DNA of 43,180 nt from Candidatus Avigastranaerophilus faecigallinarum (GTDB lineage: Bacteria; Cyanobacteriota; Vampirovibrionia; Gastranaerophilales; Gastranaerophilaceae), in contig DVJT01000106.1 in NCBI GenBank assembly GCA_018716565.1, positions 1 to 43,180 of the forward strand. Reading direction: 5' to 3'. Within the stretch, counting starts at the first letter, position 1; the number at the start of each line of letters is the position of its first letter. Positions 8,995-17,536 of this stretch are shown piece by piece. Both the position numbers and the translations under genes were made by a program. The notes under the pieces were generated by a model. It was not told the origin of the DNA. It ran no database searches and saw nothing but the letters and a program-made list of their open reading frames with translations.

Positions 8995-9538
8995 AATTTT
9001 TTGCTAATTTTTTTAAAATATTAATTTCTTCATTGCTCAAGGTTAGAACTTCTTCTTGACTTTGAGCATTTTTACATGTTGTTCCAAAAAGAAGCCAATC
9101 AATAGAAACATCAAAATTCGATTTTAATGCAATTAAATCATCTATAGATGGCATTCTTTTTCCAATGCCTAATTTCTCGATTTTACTTTCTGAAATTCCG
9201 GTTAATTTGGATAATTCAAGATCATTAAGATTATTTTCTTTTTGAAGTTGATTAAATCGTTTATGAAAACTATCCATACCTTTTAGAACATTTGTATTAT
9301 TGCACTTTTCAAGAGTATTTTCTCCAGAAGAAATGAACATATCTCCGTTATCTGTCAATAACCAATTAAGATTTACTTTTAATTTTTCACTTAATAATGT
9401 CAAAATTTCGGTGGGAAGTCCTCTTGTTTCATATTCATAGCCTCTATATGTCCGAACATTTATATTCAATTTTTCTGCAATTTCTTCTTGTGTATATCCC
9501 AATGTTACACGAATTTTTTTTAGGTTATCTCGTAACAT
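8984..9538 (-). CDS. CI-like repressor with two XRE-type HTH domains
   Basis: LRDNLKKIRVTLGYTQEEIAEKLNINVRTYRGYE and LNDLELSKLTGISESKIEKLGIGKRMPSIDDL are two Cro/C1 HTH repeats. The start was moved to MLRDNL (GGAAAGG RBS upstream). Confidence 0.8.
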   Translation of the reverse strand: MLRDNLKKIRVTLGYTQEEIAEKLNINVRTYRGYEYETRGLPTEILTLLSEKLKVNLNWLLTDNGDMFISSGENTLEKCNNTNVLKGMDSFHKRFNQLQKENNLNDLELSKLTGISESKIEKLGIGKRMPSIDDLIALKSNFDVSIDWLLFGTTCKNAQSQEEVLTLSNEEINILKKLAKNFNS

Positions 9539-9736
9539 ACAAAAGCCTTTCCACACTTTTGAAATATTTTTTTGACACAAAATGAATAAATTATTCTTGA
9601 CTTTTTACACAATATGTGTCAATATAATTTTCGTTAATTTATTTAATCACTTAATTAATTATTTAACACAAAAACACGAAAAGGACAAAGATTGCCCTCT
9701 ATATCGTGCTGATTGTGTTACAGAAAAGGAGTACAA
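9539..9736. promoter_or_regulatory. Divergent early promoter/operator region
   Basis: Perfect palindrome ACACAATATGTGT (9607-9619) is nested in TTGAC...GTCAA. Back-to-back -35-like hexamers TTGACT (+, 9597-9602) and TTGACA (-, 9617-9622). TATAAT at 9623-9628. Extra ACACAA half-sites at about 9575, 9666 and 9713 (the last inverted). Confidence 0.5.
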
Positions 9737-9904
9737 ATGCAAACACAAAAAAATCAAGAACTTTCAGAAATTCAAAGACAAGTTTCAATAGGATTACCTT
9801 TATCTATCATTTTTGAAATCGATAAGAAAAGAGGTCCTATTGCGAGAAGTGAATATTTAAGAAAATTTATTATTTCTAATTTTACAAAATTAAAGGAGGC
9901 ATAG
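9737..9904 (+). CDS. Small ribbon-helix-helix-like early regulator (cro-position gene)
   Basis: AAAGGAG RBS precedes the ATG at 9737. ...GLPLSIIFEIDKKRGPIARSEYLRKFI resembles CopG/Arc RHH proteins. It is the first rightward gene opposite the repressor. Confidence 0.45.
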   Translation: MQTQKNQELSEIQRQVSIGLPLSIIFEIDKKRGPIARSEYLRKFIISNFTKLKEA

Positions 9905-10189
9905 ATGGGTGAAATTAAAATGTTCAAACTTCCAACAATGGCAACTATTAAAGAAACATGGGAGTTCTTAGAAAAACAAGCAAAAGAAAACAATACTAAA
10001 AACAATTTGACAGAGTATAGGTTAAGGCAATTAGCTCTTAATAATCAGATAGTACATATAAGAGCCGGTAAAAAAATTTTAATTAACATAGACAAATTAA
10101 TTGATTTTCTTAATATCGGTTCAGTATCAATGCCGGATATTCAGGAGTCGAATTCAAAATTCCACACAATTAAAAAGATTGTTGTTTAA
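9905..10189 (+). CDS. Excisionase-family / MerR-like HTH DNA-binding protein
   Basis: LTEYRLRQLALNNQIVHIRAGKKILINIDKLIDFL resembles excisionase-type HTH proteins. AGGAGG RBS. Confidence 0.45.
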   Translation: MGEIKMFKLPTMATIKETWEFLEKQAKENNTKNNLTEYRLRQLALNNQIVHIRAGKKILINIDKLIDFLNIGSVSMPDIQESNSKFHTIKKIVV

Positions 10190-10198
10190 GGAGAAATC

Positions 10199-10576
10199 AT
10201 GAGTAATATTCTATATTTTCCTATGAAAAAAAGGAAACAAAACGTAATACTTGAAAAAATAAACAAGTTTTTGAAGAAATATCAAGAGTATAAAGAAAAA
10301 ACTTACAAAATAAAAATAGAAGTTTTATTTGATGAAACCTATAAGTTTTATTTAAAAAAAGTGTTAAAAAGAGAGACTCTTGATTTACCTGATTTTTTTT
10401 ATTTCAAAAATTTAGCTGTTCATAATGAGGCAAAATTACTTGCAGAAAGAGCTATTTTAAATGCTGAACTTTTAGGGGAAAAACATATAAATAAATGTTA
10501 CCAAAAATTAATTAATAAAAAATTAAATCACCTGGATCATAAGAGCAAGCTGATTATAAAACGATTGTATATTTAA
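10199..10576 (+). CDS. Hypothetical protein (125 aa)
   Basis: ORF with a GGAG RBS in an operon context. No motif recognised. Confidence 0.5.
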   Translation: MSNILYFPMKKRKQNVILEKINKFLKKYQEYKEKTYKIKIEVLFDETYKFYLKKVLKRETLDLPDFFYFKNLAVHNEAKLLAERAILNAELLGEKHINKCYQKLINKKLNHLDHKSKLIIKRLYI

Positions 10577-10590
10577 AGAGGCATTTGAAA

Positions 10591-11463
10591 ATGGGAAAAG
10601 CTGTTGAAATAAAAGAACAAAAGACGGCAACGTTTGTTCGTGTAGTAAAAAATAAAAACTATACAACAATGAGCAATATTCATCTCTTTAATAAAAATCT
10701 TTCATTAAAGGCAAAGGGGTTGATGTCAATATGTTTAGCTTTAAAGGAAGATTGGAAATATTCAATTGCCGGATTAGTATCATTATCAGATGATGGCAGA
10801 GATAGTGTTATTGCCGCTTTAAAATCACTCAAAGAAGAAGGATTTTTACAAATAAAAAAAGAACGTGATGAAAAAGGGCTTTTTAAAACCATTTATACAT
10901 TTTTTGAAAATCCCGAAGAAAATCCAAGTTATGAGCCTGTTTCATCCATTACGGAAAATCCGTTACGGACTTCTATCCATAACGGGTTATCCGATACGGA
11001 TTATCCGATACGGTTTAACCGAAGCGGGTTATCCGATACGGAAAACCCCCAACTATTAAATACTAATAATCAAATACTAAAATTAAATACTAATATAAAT
11101 ACTCATGTAAAATCGGAATCCGATTTTACGGCTGCAATGTTATTTCTTTTGTATAAACAAATTTGTATTAATTTCCCTCAACCAAGCAAACTCACTTATA
11201 AACGGATAAAAAAAGCAGAAATGAGGATAAGAAGCCATCCGAAAAAAGAATTTTGGGAAAAGGTTTTGAAAAATGCAGAAAAATCAAAGTTTATTCGAGA
11301 AAGCAGCTTTTTTAATTTTGATTGGATTATAAAAAATGATGATAATGCAGTGAAAGTATTTGACGGCAATTATAACAAAGAAGAAATTATTGAAGATATT
11401 TCAATAAAAGATTATTCAAACAGCAGCACAACAGGTAAATATTCAAGCTGTTACAAACAATGA
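10591..11463 (+). CDS. Phage replication initiator / replisome organiser with an internal origin
   Basis: N-terminal winged-helix region (YTTMSNIHLFNKNLSLKAKGLMSICLAL...DGRDSVIAALKSLKEEGFLQI) is typical of phage replication proteins. DNA iterons lie inside the gene and a DnaC-like loader follows. The start was moved to the ATG at 10591 (AAGAGG RBS). Confidence 0.6.
   Translation: MGKAVEIKEQKTATFVRVVKNKNYTTMSNIHLFNKNLSLKAKGLMSICLALKEDWKYSIAGLVSLSDDGRDSVIAALKSLKEEGFLQIKKERDEKGLFKTIYTFFENPEENPSYEPVSSITENPLRTSIHNGLSDTDYPIRFNRSGLSDTENPQLLNTNNQILKLNTNINTHVKSESDFTAAMLFLLYKQICINFPQPSKLTYKRIKKAEMRIRSHPKKEFWEKVLKNAEKSKFIRESSFFNFDWIIKNDDNAVKVFDGNYNKEEIIEDISIKDYSNSSTTGKYSSCYKQ
10958..11041. repeat. Five iterons, consensus ATCCGaTACGG (candidate phage replication origin)
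   Basis: Copies at 10958-10968, 10975-10985, 10989-10999, 11003-11013 and 11031-11041. Three are exact (TTATCCGATACGG). Start-to-start spacings are 17, 14, 14 and 28 bp. Confidence 0.6.
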
Positions 11464-11470
11464 GGAAAAA

Positions 11471-12259
11471 ATGGCAGATAGTAAAATTTTTAAAGATATT
11501 CTAATTGAAAATATCGGTTATAGAGTAAAAGACGGTAAATGTTTTTTTTGTAAAGCAAAACTTATTCCCGGTGAATATTGCACTTGTAAAAATGCAGAAA
11601 AAATTAACAAGTATTTCAGGAAAATTAACAGTCATCTTGAAAAAGTTGAAACATTTAATAACTTTTTTGAAGACAAACAAATCCTTGCTGAACTAAAAAA
11701 GAATGCAAATACTCCGGATTTATTCAACGGCTATGATTTATCTTTCTATGAAATTGAGAACGAATCACAAAAAAAAGGATTTGATATAGTATCTGATTAT
11801 TATAAAAATGCGGTTAAAAACTTTTTATTCGGTACAAATTTAATAATACTGGGGAATTACGGTACAGGTAAAACCGCTCTGATATCGGTATTGTGTAATT
11901 TGTTGACTGAAAAATTTTTATTTGATTGCAGATTTGTCAATATTGTAGATTTATTCGACATTGTAAAAGCCTCGTTTAGCAGCTTATCAATAGATACATT
12001 GAAATTAATTGAAATTTATAAAAAGGCTGATTTTTTGTTCCTGGATGACATTGATAAAAAAACTCCTACAAATTATGCAAAAGAACTGGTATATTCAATT
12101 GTCAATTCAAGAGTTGAAAATGAATTGCCTACAATTATTACAGCTAATCATGATCTTGAAGATCTTGATAAGAATTTTTATGGAGAAGCTACTATATCAA
12201 GACTTATTCATAAGTCCAAAATAGTTCTTTTTACTCACAAAAACAAGAGGTTTATTTAA
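11471..12259 (+). CDS. DnaC/IstB-like AAA+ helicase loader
   Basis: Walker A ILGNYGTGKTALI and Walker B FLFLDDID. Position is after the initiator. Confidence 0.8.
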   Translation: MADSKIFKDILIENIGYRVKDGKCFFCKAKLIPGEYCTCKNAEKINKYFRKINSHLEKVETFNNFFEDKQILAELKKNANTPDLFNGYDLSFYEIENESQKKGFDIVSDYYKNAVKNFLFGTNLIILGNYGTGKTALISVLCNLLTEKFLFDCRFVNIVDLFDIVKASFSSLSIDTLKLIEIYKKADFLFLDDIDKKTPTNYAKELVYSIVNSRVENELPTIITANHDLEDLDKNFYGEATISRLIHKSKIVLFTHKNKRFI

Positions 12260-12260
12260 T

Positions 12261-12821
12261 ATGTCTGATAAAATTAATTATTCAACAAATAAAGAAATAA
12301 ACGGGAGAGCATATTTTAATAGTCCTGCTCAATCTTTAGCCGATTTTGTATGTAAAAAAGAATATGATAGTTATAGATTTAGCAATAGAAAAGGGTTTTT
12401 AAATTCAGAAATATTTATTGAAAAAATACTTCAAAAAGGCTCTATTTATACTCCTACAAAATACGATATAAAAAGAAATATTGGAAATCTACAATACGAC
12501 CTGGAAAAAAATATAATTATCTTTCAAAGAAGAATCGAAAAACCAAATAAAAAAGAATTTAAAACTGATTTTGACTGTCTGTTGTACTTCTCTATTCAAT
12601 ACGAATTTTATCAATATCTTAGAGATTTTGATTTAATAGAAATTTATACAATAGAGAGAAAAATACGGCATAAAACAAATTATAAATACACAATAAAGAA
12701 GTGTGCTGCCGATAAAAACGGACTTAAAAAAGAAATACCGGGTTATGGAATATTATTTTTCATACCTCGTAATGATTTTCACTGTCTTGAAATTGAACAT
12801 AAACGAAAGGTGAGAAAATAA
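12261..12821 (+). CDS. Hypothetical protein (186 aa)
   Basis: ORF in an operon context. No motif recognised. Confidence 0.5.
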   Translation: MSDKINYSTNKEINGRAYFNSPAQSLADFVCKKEYDSYRFSNRKGFLNSEIFIEKILQKGSIYTPTKYDIKRNIGNLQYDLEKNIIIFQRRIEKPNKKEFKTDFDCLLYFSIQYEFYQYLRDFDLIEIYTIERKIRHKTNYKYTIKKCAADKNGLKKEIPGYGILFFIPRNDFHCLEIEHKRKVRK

Positions 12822-12822
12822 G

Positions 12823-13059
12823 TTGCCGAGTAAATTATGTCCGAAATGCTTTAAAATTGTTTCTTGTAATATGGTTCCTAATTACTGTGCCTGGGGATGC
12901 GGTTCTTTAATAAATGAGCCGCTTATGCCTGAATTTAAGACATATGAAGAAAAATTAGATTACATAGAAAAACGAAAAAAAGAAATACAAAATCCTGATC
13001 ATGTAACAAATAAAAGTTATGAGGTTGAACCGGGGAAATTTCAAATGAGGTTATTTTAA
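12823..13059 (+). CDS. Small Cys-containing protein (78 aa, TTG start)
   Basis: CPKCFK...YCAWGC, a possible zinc ribbon. GGTGAG RBS. Confidence 0.4.
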   Translation: MPSKLCPKCFKIVSCNMVPNYCAWGCGSLINEPLMPEFKTYEEKLDYIEKRKKEIQNPDHVTNKSYEVEPGKFQMRLF

Positions 13060-13541
13060 TGGCACGAGAAAAGAAATTTAAAGATAGTCAATTGGGAGCC
13101 GGAGATTATATGAAAAAATTTATAAGAGAAGCGACACAGCTTACTCCGGAAGAAGAAAAATTCTTTCAAGAAAGAAAAAAACAATACATGAAAGAACTAA
13201 AAAAGTATGAAAAATTAACAGAAGATTCATATGTTGGCTTTGGAAGAAGCATATATATTTCGGAAAAGACATCAGATAGAGAAAATAAAATAATTGAACT
13301 TCTTTGCATCGGTTATAACTACAAAGAAATTTCTCAAATGGAAAATGTTACTCTTTCGACAGTTAAGACACACGTTAATCACATTTTTCAGAAAAAAGGA
13401 GTTTCTTCTTTGCAGGAACTAATCGTTCTTTCTCTTACAAATCAATTAAAGGGTAAAAGTTTGTTAGAAATTCAACCAAAAAAAGAAGAAACAGCAACAA
13501 AAAATGATGAATTAGATTTTTTAAGTGAACTTTTAGGATAG
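13059..13541 (+). CDS. LuxR / sigma-70 region-4-type HTH transcriptional regulator
   Basis: ELLCIGYNYKEISQMENVTLSTVKTHVNHIFQKKGVSSLQELI is a GerE/LuxR-type HTH. Confidence 0.65.
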   Translation: MAREKKFKDSQLGAGDYMKKFIREATQLTPEEEKFFQERKKQYMKELKKYEKLTEDSYVGFGRSIYISEKTSDRENKIIELLCIGYNYKEISQMENVTLSTVKTHVNHIFQKKGVSSLQELIVLSLTNQLKGKSLLEIQPKKEETATKNDELDFLSELLG

Positions 13542-13549
13542 GAGGTCAA

Positions 13550-13825
13550 ATGAGCAATAATTTACAGGATTTGAACAAATATTTGTTCGAGCAAATCGAA
13601 AAATTAAGTAATGAAGATTTGGATGAAAAACAAACAGAATTAGCAATTAAAAAAGCTGAAGCAATAACCGGAGTATCTGAAAAAATTATCAAAAATGCAG
13701 AATTAGCTTTGAAAATTGCCATTGTAAAAAACAAAATGGGTAATTTCTCTTTGAGCGGAGAAATTCCGGCTCTAACTAAAAAGATAGAACAAAAGGCATT
13801 ACCAAACAATGAAAAAATTCAATGA
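13550..13825 (+). CDS. Hypothetical protein (91 aa)
   Basis: GGAGG RBS. No motif recognised. Confidence 0.45.
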   Translation: MSNNLQDLNKYLFEQIEKLSNEDLDEKQTELAIKKAEAITGVSEKIIKNAELALKIAIVKNKMGNFSLSGEIPALTKKIEQKALPNNEKIQ

Positions 13826-14594
13826 AGAACATGCAAATTTTATAAGAGAAAATGCTGTCGGGATTTCATCAGAAGAATTAACAAATCGTTTAAATGCTGC
13901 TTTTGGAACAAATTACAGAAAATCACAAATTCATGCATATAAATCAAATCACAAAATAAGAAGCGGTTATATTCATAAAAAACCTGATGAAAAAAGGTTA
14001 TTCCCAAATCATATAGTTAACTTTATTCAGGAAAAGGCAAAAGGTTTATACAATAAAGAACTTACTGAGCTTGTCAATTTCACATTTAGAACAACTTATA
14101 CAGAAAGTCAAATTGACAGCCTTAAGCATCGTTATCACATCTCAAGCGGATTAACAGGGCATTTTACGAAAGGTCATGTTCCTAAAAATAAAGGTAAAAA
14201 AATGACAGCGGCAGTATATAAAAAATGTGCTGTAACAATGTTTAAGAAAGGTCATATTCCTAAAAATTACAGAGCAGTTGGTTCAGAAAGAATATCAAAA
14301 GACGGTTATACAGAAATAAAAATTGCAGATCCAAACAAATGGAAACTAAAACACATTTTTATTTGGGAAGAAAAATATGGTCCAATTCCGGAGCATCACT
14401 GCATTATATTCTTAGACGGCAATAAACAAAACTTTGATTTAAGCAATTTGAAATTAATTACAAGAAATGAAAATGCAAGATTGAATCAAAAAAATTTGAG
14501 AAGTGAGTTCAAAGATGTTACTGAAGCAAATATTTCAGTTGTTAGACTAAAAGCGACAATAAGAAAAAGGAGAAAAAATGAAAGAAACGCTTGA
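13809..14594 (+). CDS. HNH homing-type endonuclease with a duplicated N-terminal DNA-binding module
   Basis: C-terminal HNH_3-like HHCIIFLDGNKQNFDLSNLKLITRNENARLN. Two N-terminal repeats (FIRENAVGISSEELTNRLN / FIQEKAKGLYNKELTELVN) and a repeated KGHxPKN motif. Confidence 0.8.
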   Translation: MKKFNEEHANFIRENAVGISSEELTNRLNAAFGTNYRKSQIHAYKSNHKIRSGYIHKKPDEKRLFPNHIVNFIQEKAKGLYNKELTELVNFTFRTTYTESQIDSLKHRYHISSGLTGHFTKGHVPKNKGKKMTAAVYKKCAVTMFKKGHIPKNYRAVGSERISKDGYTEIKIADPNKWKLKHIFIWEEKYGPIPEHHCIIFLDGNKQNFDLSNLKLITRNENARLNQKNLRSEFKDVTEANISVVRLKATIRKRRKNERNA

Positions 14595-14877
14595 AATTCT
14601 AATTGATAAAGATTTAGAAGATTTATTAGAAGCTCAAAAAAAAGCAAACGAATTGTTAAATGAAGAAAAAAGACCAAATCTTTTAATTGATGAAGTTGCC
14701 AATGCATTCTTTGCATATCGGCGAGTTAAAGAGGGCTTTTTTCTTGAACACAAATTTGGAGGTTATACAATCGGCGAAATTTATCTTTTTGTAATTGATT
14801 TGATAAATAAGCATATTAAATACTCTGATAATCCGAATAATTCAGATGTTATACCGGATTGGTTAAGGAGAAAATAA
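14578..14877 (+). CDS. Hypothetical protein (99 aa)
   Basis: ORF in an operon context. Confidence 0.45.
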   Translation: MKETLEILIDKDLEDLLEAQKKANELLNEEKRPNLLIDEVANAFFAYRRVKEGFFLEHKFGGYTIGEIYLFVIDLINKHIKYSDNPNNSDVIPDWLRRK

Positions 14878-14878
14878 T

Positions 14879-15175
14879 ATGAGCTATATTGTAAAAAATT
14901 GCCCGGCTTATTGGGGAAATTCTTTTTTTAGCTGCCATGGAAGGGAACAAAATATTTTAAATAATTGCAATTGTGAAGAACATAAAAACTGCATAACAAA
15001 ACAAACAATTGAAGATTTAAAAAAAATTATTACAGATGATGACAGTCCGGCTTGCTATGAAAACGATGATTGTCCGATTAACGGAGGATATGGCTTTGAT
15101 AATCATTGCAATATGAATTGTCCATTATTAATAGCAAAACTGGCATTAAAGAAATGGGAAATAGCGGAGTGTTGA
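14879..15175 (+). CDS. Cys-rich hypothetical protein (98 aa)
   Basis: About 11 Cys (CPAYW..SCHG..NCNCEEHKNC..ACYENDDCP..HCNMNCP). Confidence 0.45.
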   Translation: MSYIVKNCPAYWGNSFFSCHGREQNILNNCNCEEHKNCITKQTIEDLKKIITDDDSPACYENDDCPINGGYGFDNHCNMNCPLLIAKLALKKWEIAEC

Positions 15176-15178
15176 ATA

Positions 15179-15256
15179 ATGATTGAAATCTTAACTTTTA
15201 TTTTAATTACTTACATTCTAAGAATTTACTCATATATACAAAGGGGGAAAGATTAA
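15179..15256 (+). CDS. Possible 25-aa hydrophobic peptide (MIEILTFILITYILRIYSYIQRGKD)
   Basis: GGAG lies 9 nt upstream of the ATG. It fills an otherwise empty 83-nt gap. Below the ORF-track length cutoff, so speculative. Confidence 0.25.
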   Translation: MIEILTFILITYILRIYSYIQRGKD

Positions 15257-15258
15257 GT

Positions 15259-16146
15259 ATGTCTACAAAAATCGAATGGACAAATCAGACATGGAATCCT
15301 GTAGTCGGATGCACAAAATATTCAGAAGGTTGTATAAATTGTTATGCAGAAAAAATGCACAAAAGACTTTCTGCTATGGGACATAAAAAATATAAATTTC
15401 CTTTCAATAATGTATTATTTCATTACGATGAATTGAATAAACATTTTGGACAAAAAAGGAAAATGATTTTTGTTAATTCAATGTCAGATTTATTTCATCA
15501 AAGGATTAGCTTAGAACAAATTTCAAAAGTTCTTGAAGTATGCAAAAATAATCAACAACATATATTTCAAATACTTACAAAAAGACCTGAACGACTTTCC
15601 GCTTTTTCTTATCCCCCAAATGTTTGGCTTGGAGTTACAGTAGAACATCCAAAATACAAAAACCGCATTGAGTATCTTAAAAACACTAATGCGAAAATAA
15701 AATTTTTAAGCTGTGAACCTCTTTTAGCTGATTTAGGAGAGCTTGATTTGAGGGGCATTGATTGGGTTATTGCAGGTGGTGAATCCGGTTCTAAAGCAAG
15801 ACCCATGCATCCTGATTGGATTCGCAATATTCAAAAACAATGCCGGGAACAAAATATTCCGTTTTTCTTTAAACAATGGGGTGAGTGGGTAATAGCTAAG
15901 CAAAAGCCGCCGTTTAAAATAGAAAATCCGATTTACTCTAAACTATCGTCTAAAATTATGCTAAATAACGGAATAATAATTGACGGAATTTTTCCCAATG
16001 ACGTTAAAAAATGGGAAAAACAAACAGGTAGTTCAATAGATAATAAAAATGCCGTAATTATTTTAAAAGCAGGAAAAGCAAAATCAGGAGCATTATTGGA
16101 CGGAAAAGAATATAAAGAATTTCCTGTAATTATAGAAGCTGAATAA
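15259..16146 (+). CDS. Phage Gp37/Gp68 family protein (DUF5131, three-Cys motif)
   Basis: N-terminus MSTKIEWTNQTWNPVVGCTKYSEGCINCYAEKM is the hallmark of this family. GGESG...PMHPDWIR...FFFKQWG is also typical. Confidence 0.85.
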   Translation: MSTKIEWTNQTWNPVVGCTKYSEGCINCYAEKMHKRLSAMGHKKYKFPFNNVLFHYDELNKHFGQKRKMIFVNSMSDLFHQRISLEQISKVLEVCKNNQQHIFQILTKRPERLSAFSYPPNVWLGVTVEHPKYKNRIEYLKNTNAKIKFLSCEPLLADLGELDLRGIDWVIAGGESGSKARPMHPDWIRNIQKQCREQNIPFFFKQWGEWVIAKQKPPFKIENPIYSKLSSKIMLNNGIIIDGIFPNDVKKWEKQTGSSIDNKNAVIILKAGKAKSGALLDGKEYKEFPVIIEAE

Positions 16147-16162
16147 TTTAGAGGTTTAAGTT

Positions 16163-16678
16163 ATGAAAGAAGAAATATCAAAATATAATTTTGAACAAAA
16201 AAGAAGCGATTACTTGACCCCGCCTTGCGTGATTTCTAAAATATTTGATTTATTAAAAGAGTTGAATATTGATTGTGATAACATTTTTTCTTTAGATACA
16301 TGTTGCAGCAAGAATAATATTCCTGCCCGTTTTAGGTACTACGAAAAACAATTTGACGGGCTTTTAATGAATTGGTTTGGAATAAGCTATTGCAACCCTC
16401 CATATAAAGAATGTGATAAATGGGTAAAAAAAGCATATTCCGAGTTCAAAAAAGGTGTTATTTGTGTTCTTTTAATTCCGGCAAGAACAGAAACTGCTTA
16501 TTGGCATAAATATTTGTTAGAAGATGGAATGATTAACAAACGCAATATTTATATAAAATTTTTGCGTAAAGGTTTAAAGTTCTTAAATCCTGATGATGAT
16601 TCAGAAATGGGAGTTTTTAAAAACTCGCTTGCTATAGTGGTAATGAATGGTGAAAATGAGGTTAAATATGATAGATAA
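16163..16678 (+). CDS. Phage-type DNA N6-adenine methyltransferase (Dam-like, small)
   Basis: Catalytic motif YCNPPY. Size and layout match the phage N-6-adenine-methyltransferase family. Confidence 0.75.
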   Translation: MKEEISKYNFEQKRSDYLTPPCVISKIFDLLKELNIDCDNIFSLDTCCSKNNIPARFRYYEKQFDGLLMNWFGISYCNPPYKECDKWVKKAYSEFKKGVICVLLIPARTETAYWHKYLLEDGMINKRNIYIKFLRKGLKFLNPDDDSEMGVFKNSLAIVVMNGENEVKYDR

Positions 16679-17219
16679 TAAAATAATAATATGTGATTTA
16701 GACGGTTGTCTTATTGATAGTGCCTGGATATGGGAAGTAATAAAATTACAAAAATTTGAAAAAAATATTGTATTTGATTTTTTTAATCGAAATGCAAACG
16801 CTGAAGCTAATAATATTGATTTAGTTTTATATAAATATTTATGTTTTAAAGCCTCCGGCGGTTATAAAATACATTTTCTTACCGCAAGAAGCGAAGAAAT
16901 AGAAATTCAAACTATAAATTTTATCCAGGAAAAAACAGGTTTATTATTTGGTAAAGAATTTACTATAAGTTTCAGACCATTTAATGATTTTTCTTCTGCT
17001 GCTGAAAGCAAAAAGATAAGACTTGAGCAAATGATTGCAAACGGAAAAAATATTATTCTCGCTATTGATGATGATGAAGAAATTATTGATATGTATAAAA
17101 CAAAAGGAATTCCAACTCTGCAATGGAAAATAGGTTATATACCGGCTTGTGTTGCATTGGAATTTGGCGGTAATTTGAGTCTTTTAATAAATAAGAATGA
17201 ACCTGTTTCTCTAAATTAG
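16668..17219 (+). CDS. HAD-superfamily phosphatase-like protein
   Basis: Motif I IIICDLDGCLIDS and a distal LAIDDDEE acidic motif. The start was moved to the ATG at 16668 (GAGG RBS). Confidence 0.6.
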   Translation: MIDNKIIICDLDGCLIDSAWIWEVIKLQKFEKNIVFDFFNRNANAEANNIDLVLYKYLCFKASGGYKIHFLTARSEEIEIQTINFIQEKTGLLFGKEFTISFRPFNDFSSAAESKKIRLEQMIANGKNIILAIDDDEEIIDMYKTKGIPTLQWKIGYIPACVALEFGGNLSLLINKNEPVSLN

Positions 17220-17233
17220 ATGGCGGATAGTAC

Positions 17234-17536
17234 ATGGGGAAAGTAAAAAAAGAAGCCAAAGATGCAATTATTAAACTAATGCTTCAGGAAGTTTCAACTG
17301 AAGATATTGCAAAAAAACTTAATTATTCTGTAGGAACGATACGAAATGTTTTTGAAGAACTCAGGGAAGAATACGGGGTTTCTTCAAAGATGGGTATTAC
17401 TACTGCTTATTTGAGGTCCGAACTTGAAAAAGTGAACAACCAATTAAACAGGTTGTTTAAAATTATGGATAATTGCGATTTTGAGAAAAAAAACAGTTGT
17501 TTTAGTAAAAAATATAAAAGAAAACATAAAAAATGA
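17234..17536 (+). CDS. Small HTH regulator (sigma region-4 / LuxR-like)
   Basis: VSTEDIAKKLNYSVGTIRNVFEELREEYGV. Confidence 0.5.
   Translation: MGKVKKEAKDAIIKLMLQEVSTEDIAKKLNYSVGTIRNVFEELREEYGVSSKMGITTAYLRSELEKVNNQLNRLFKIMDNCDFEKKNSCFSKKYKRKHKK

Noticed and set aside
9582-9791. 69-aa ORF across the operator region
   Set aside because: It spans the divergent promoter/operator sequences, has no RBS and conflicts with the better-supported RHH gene starting at 9737.
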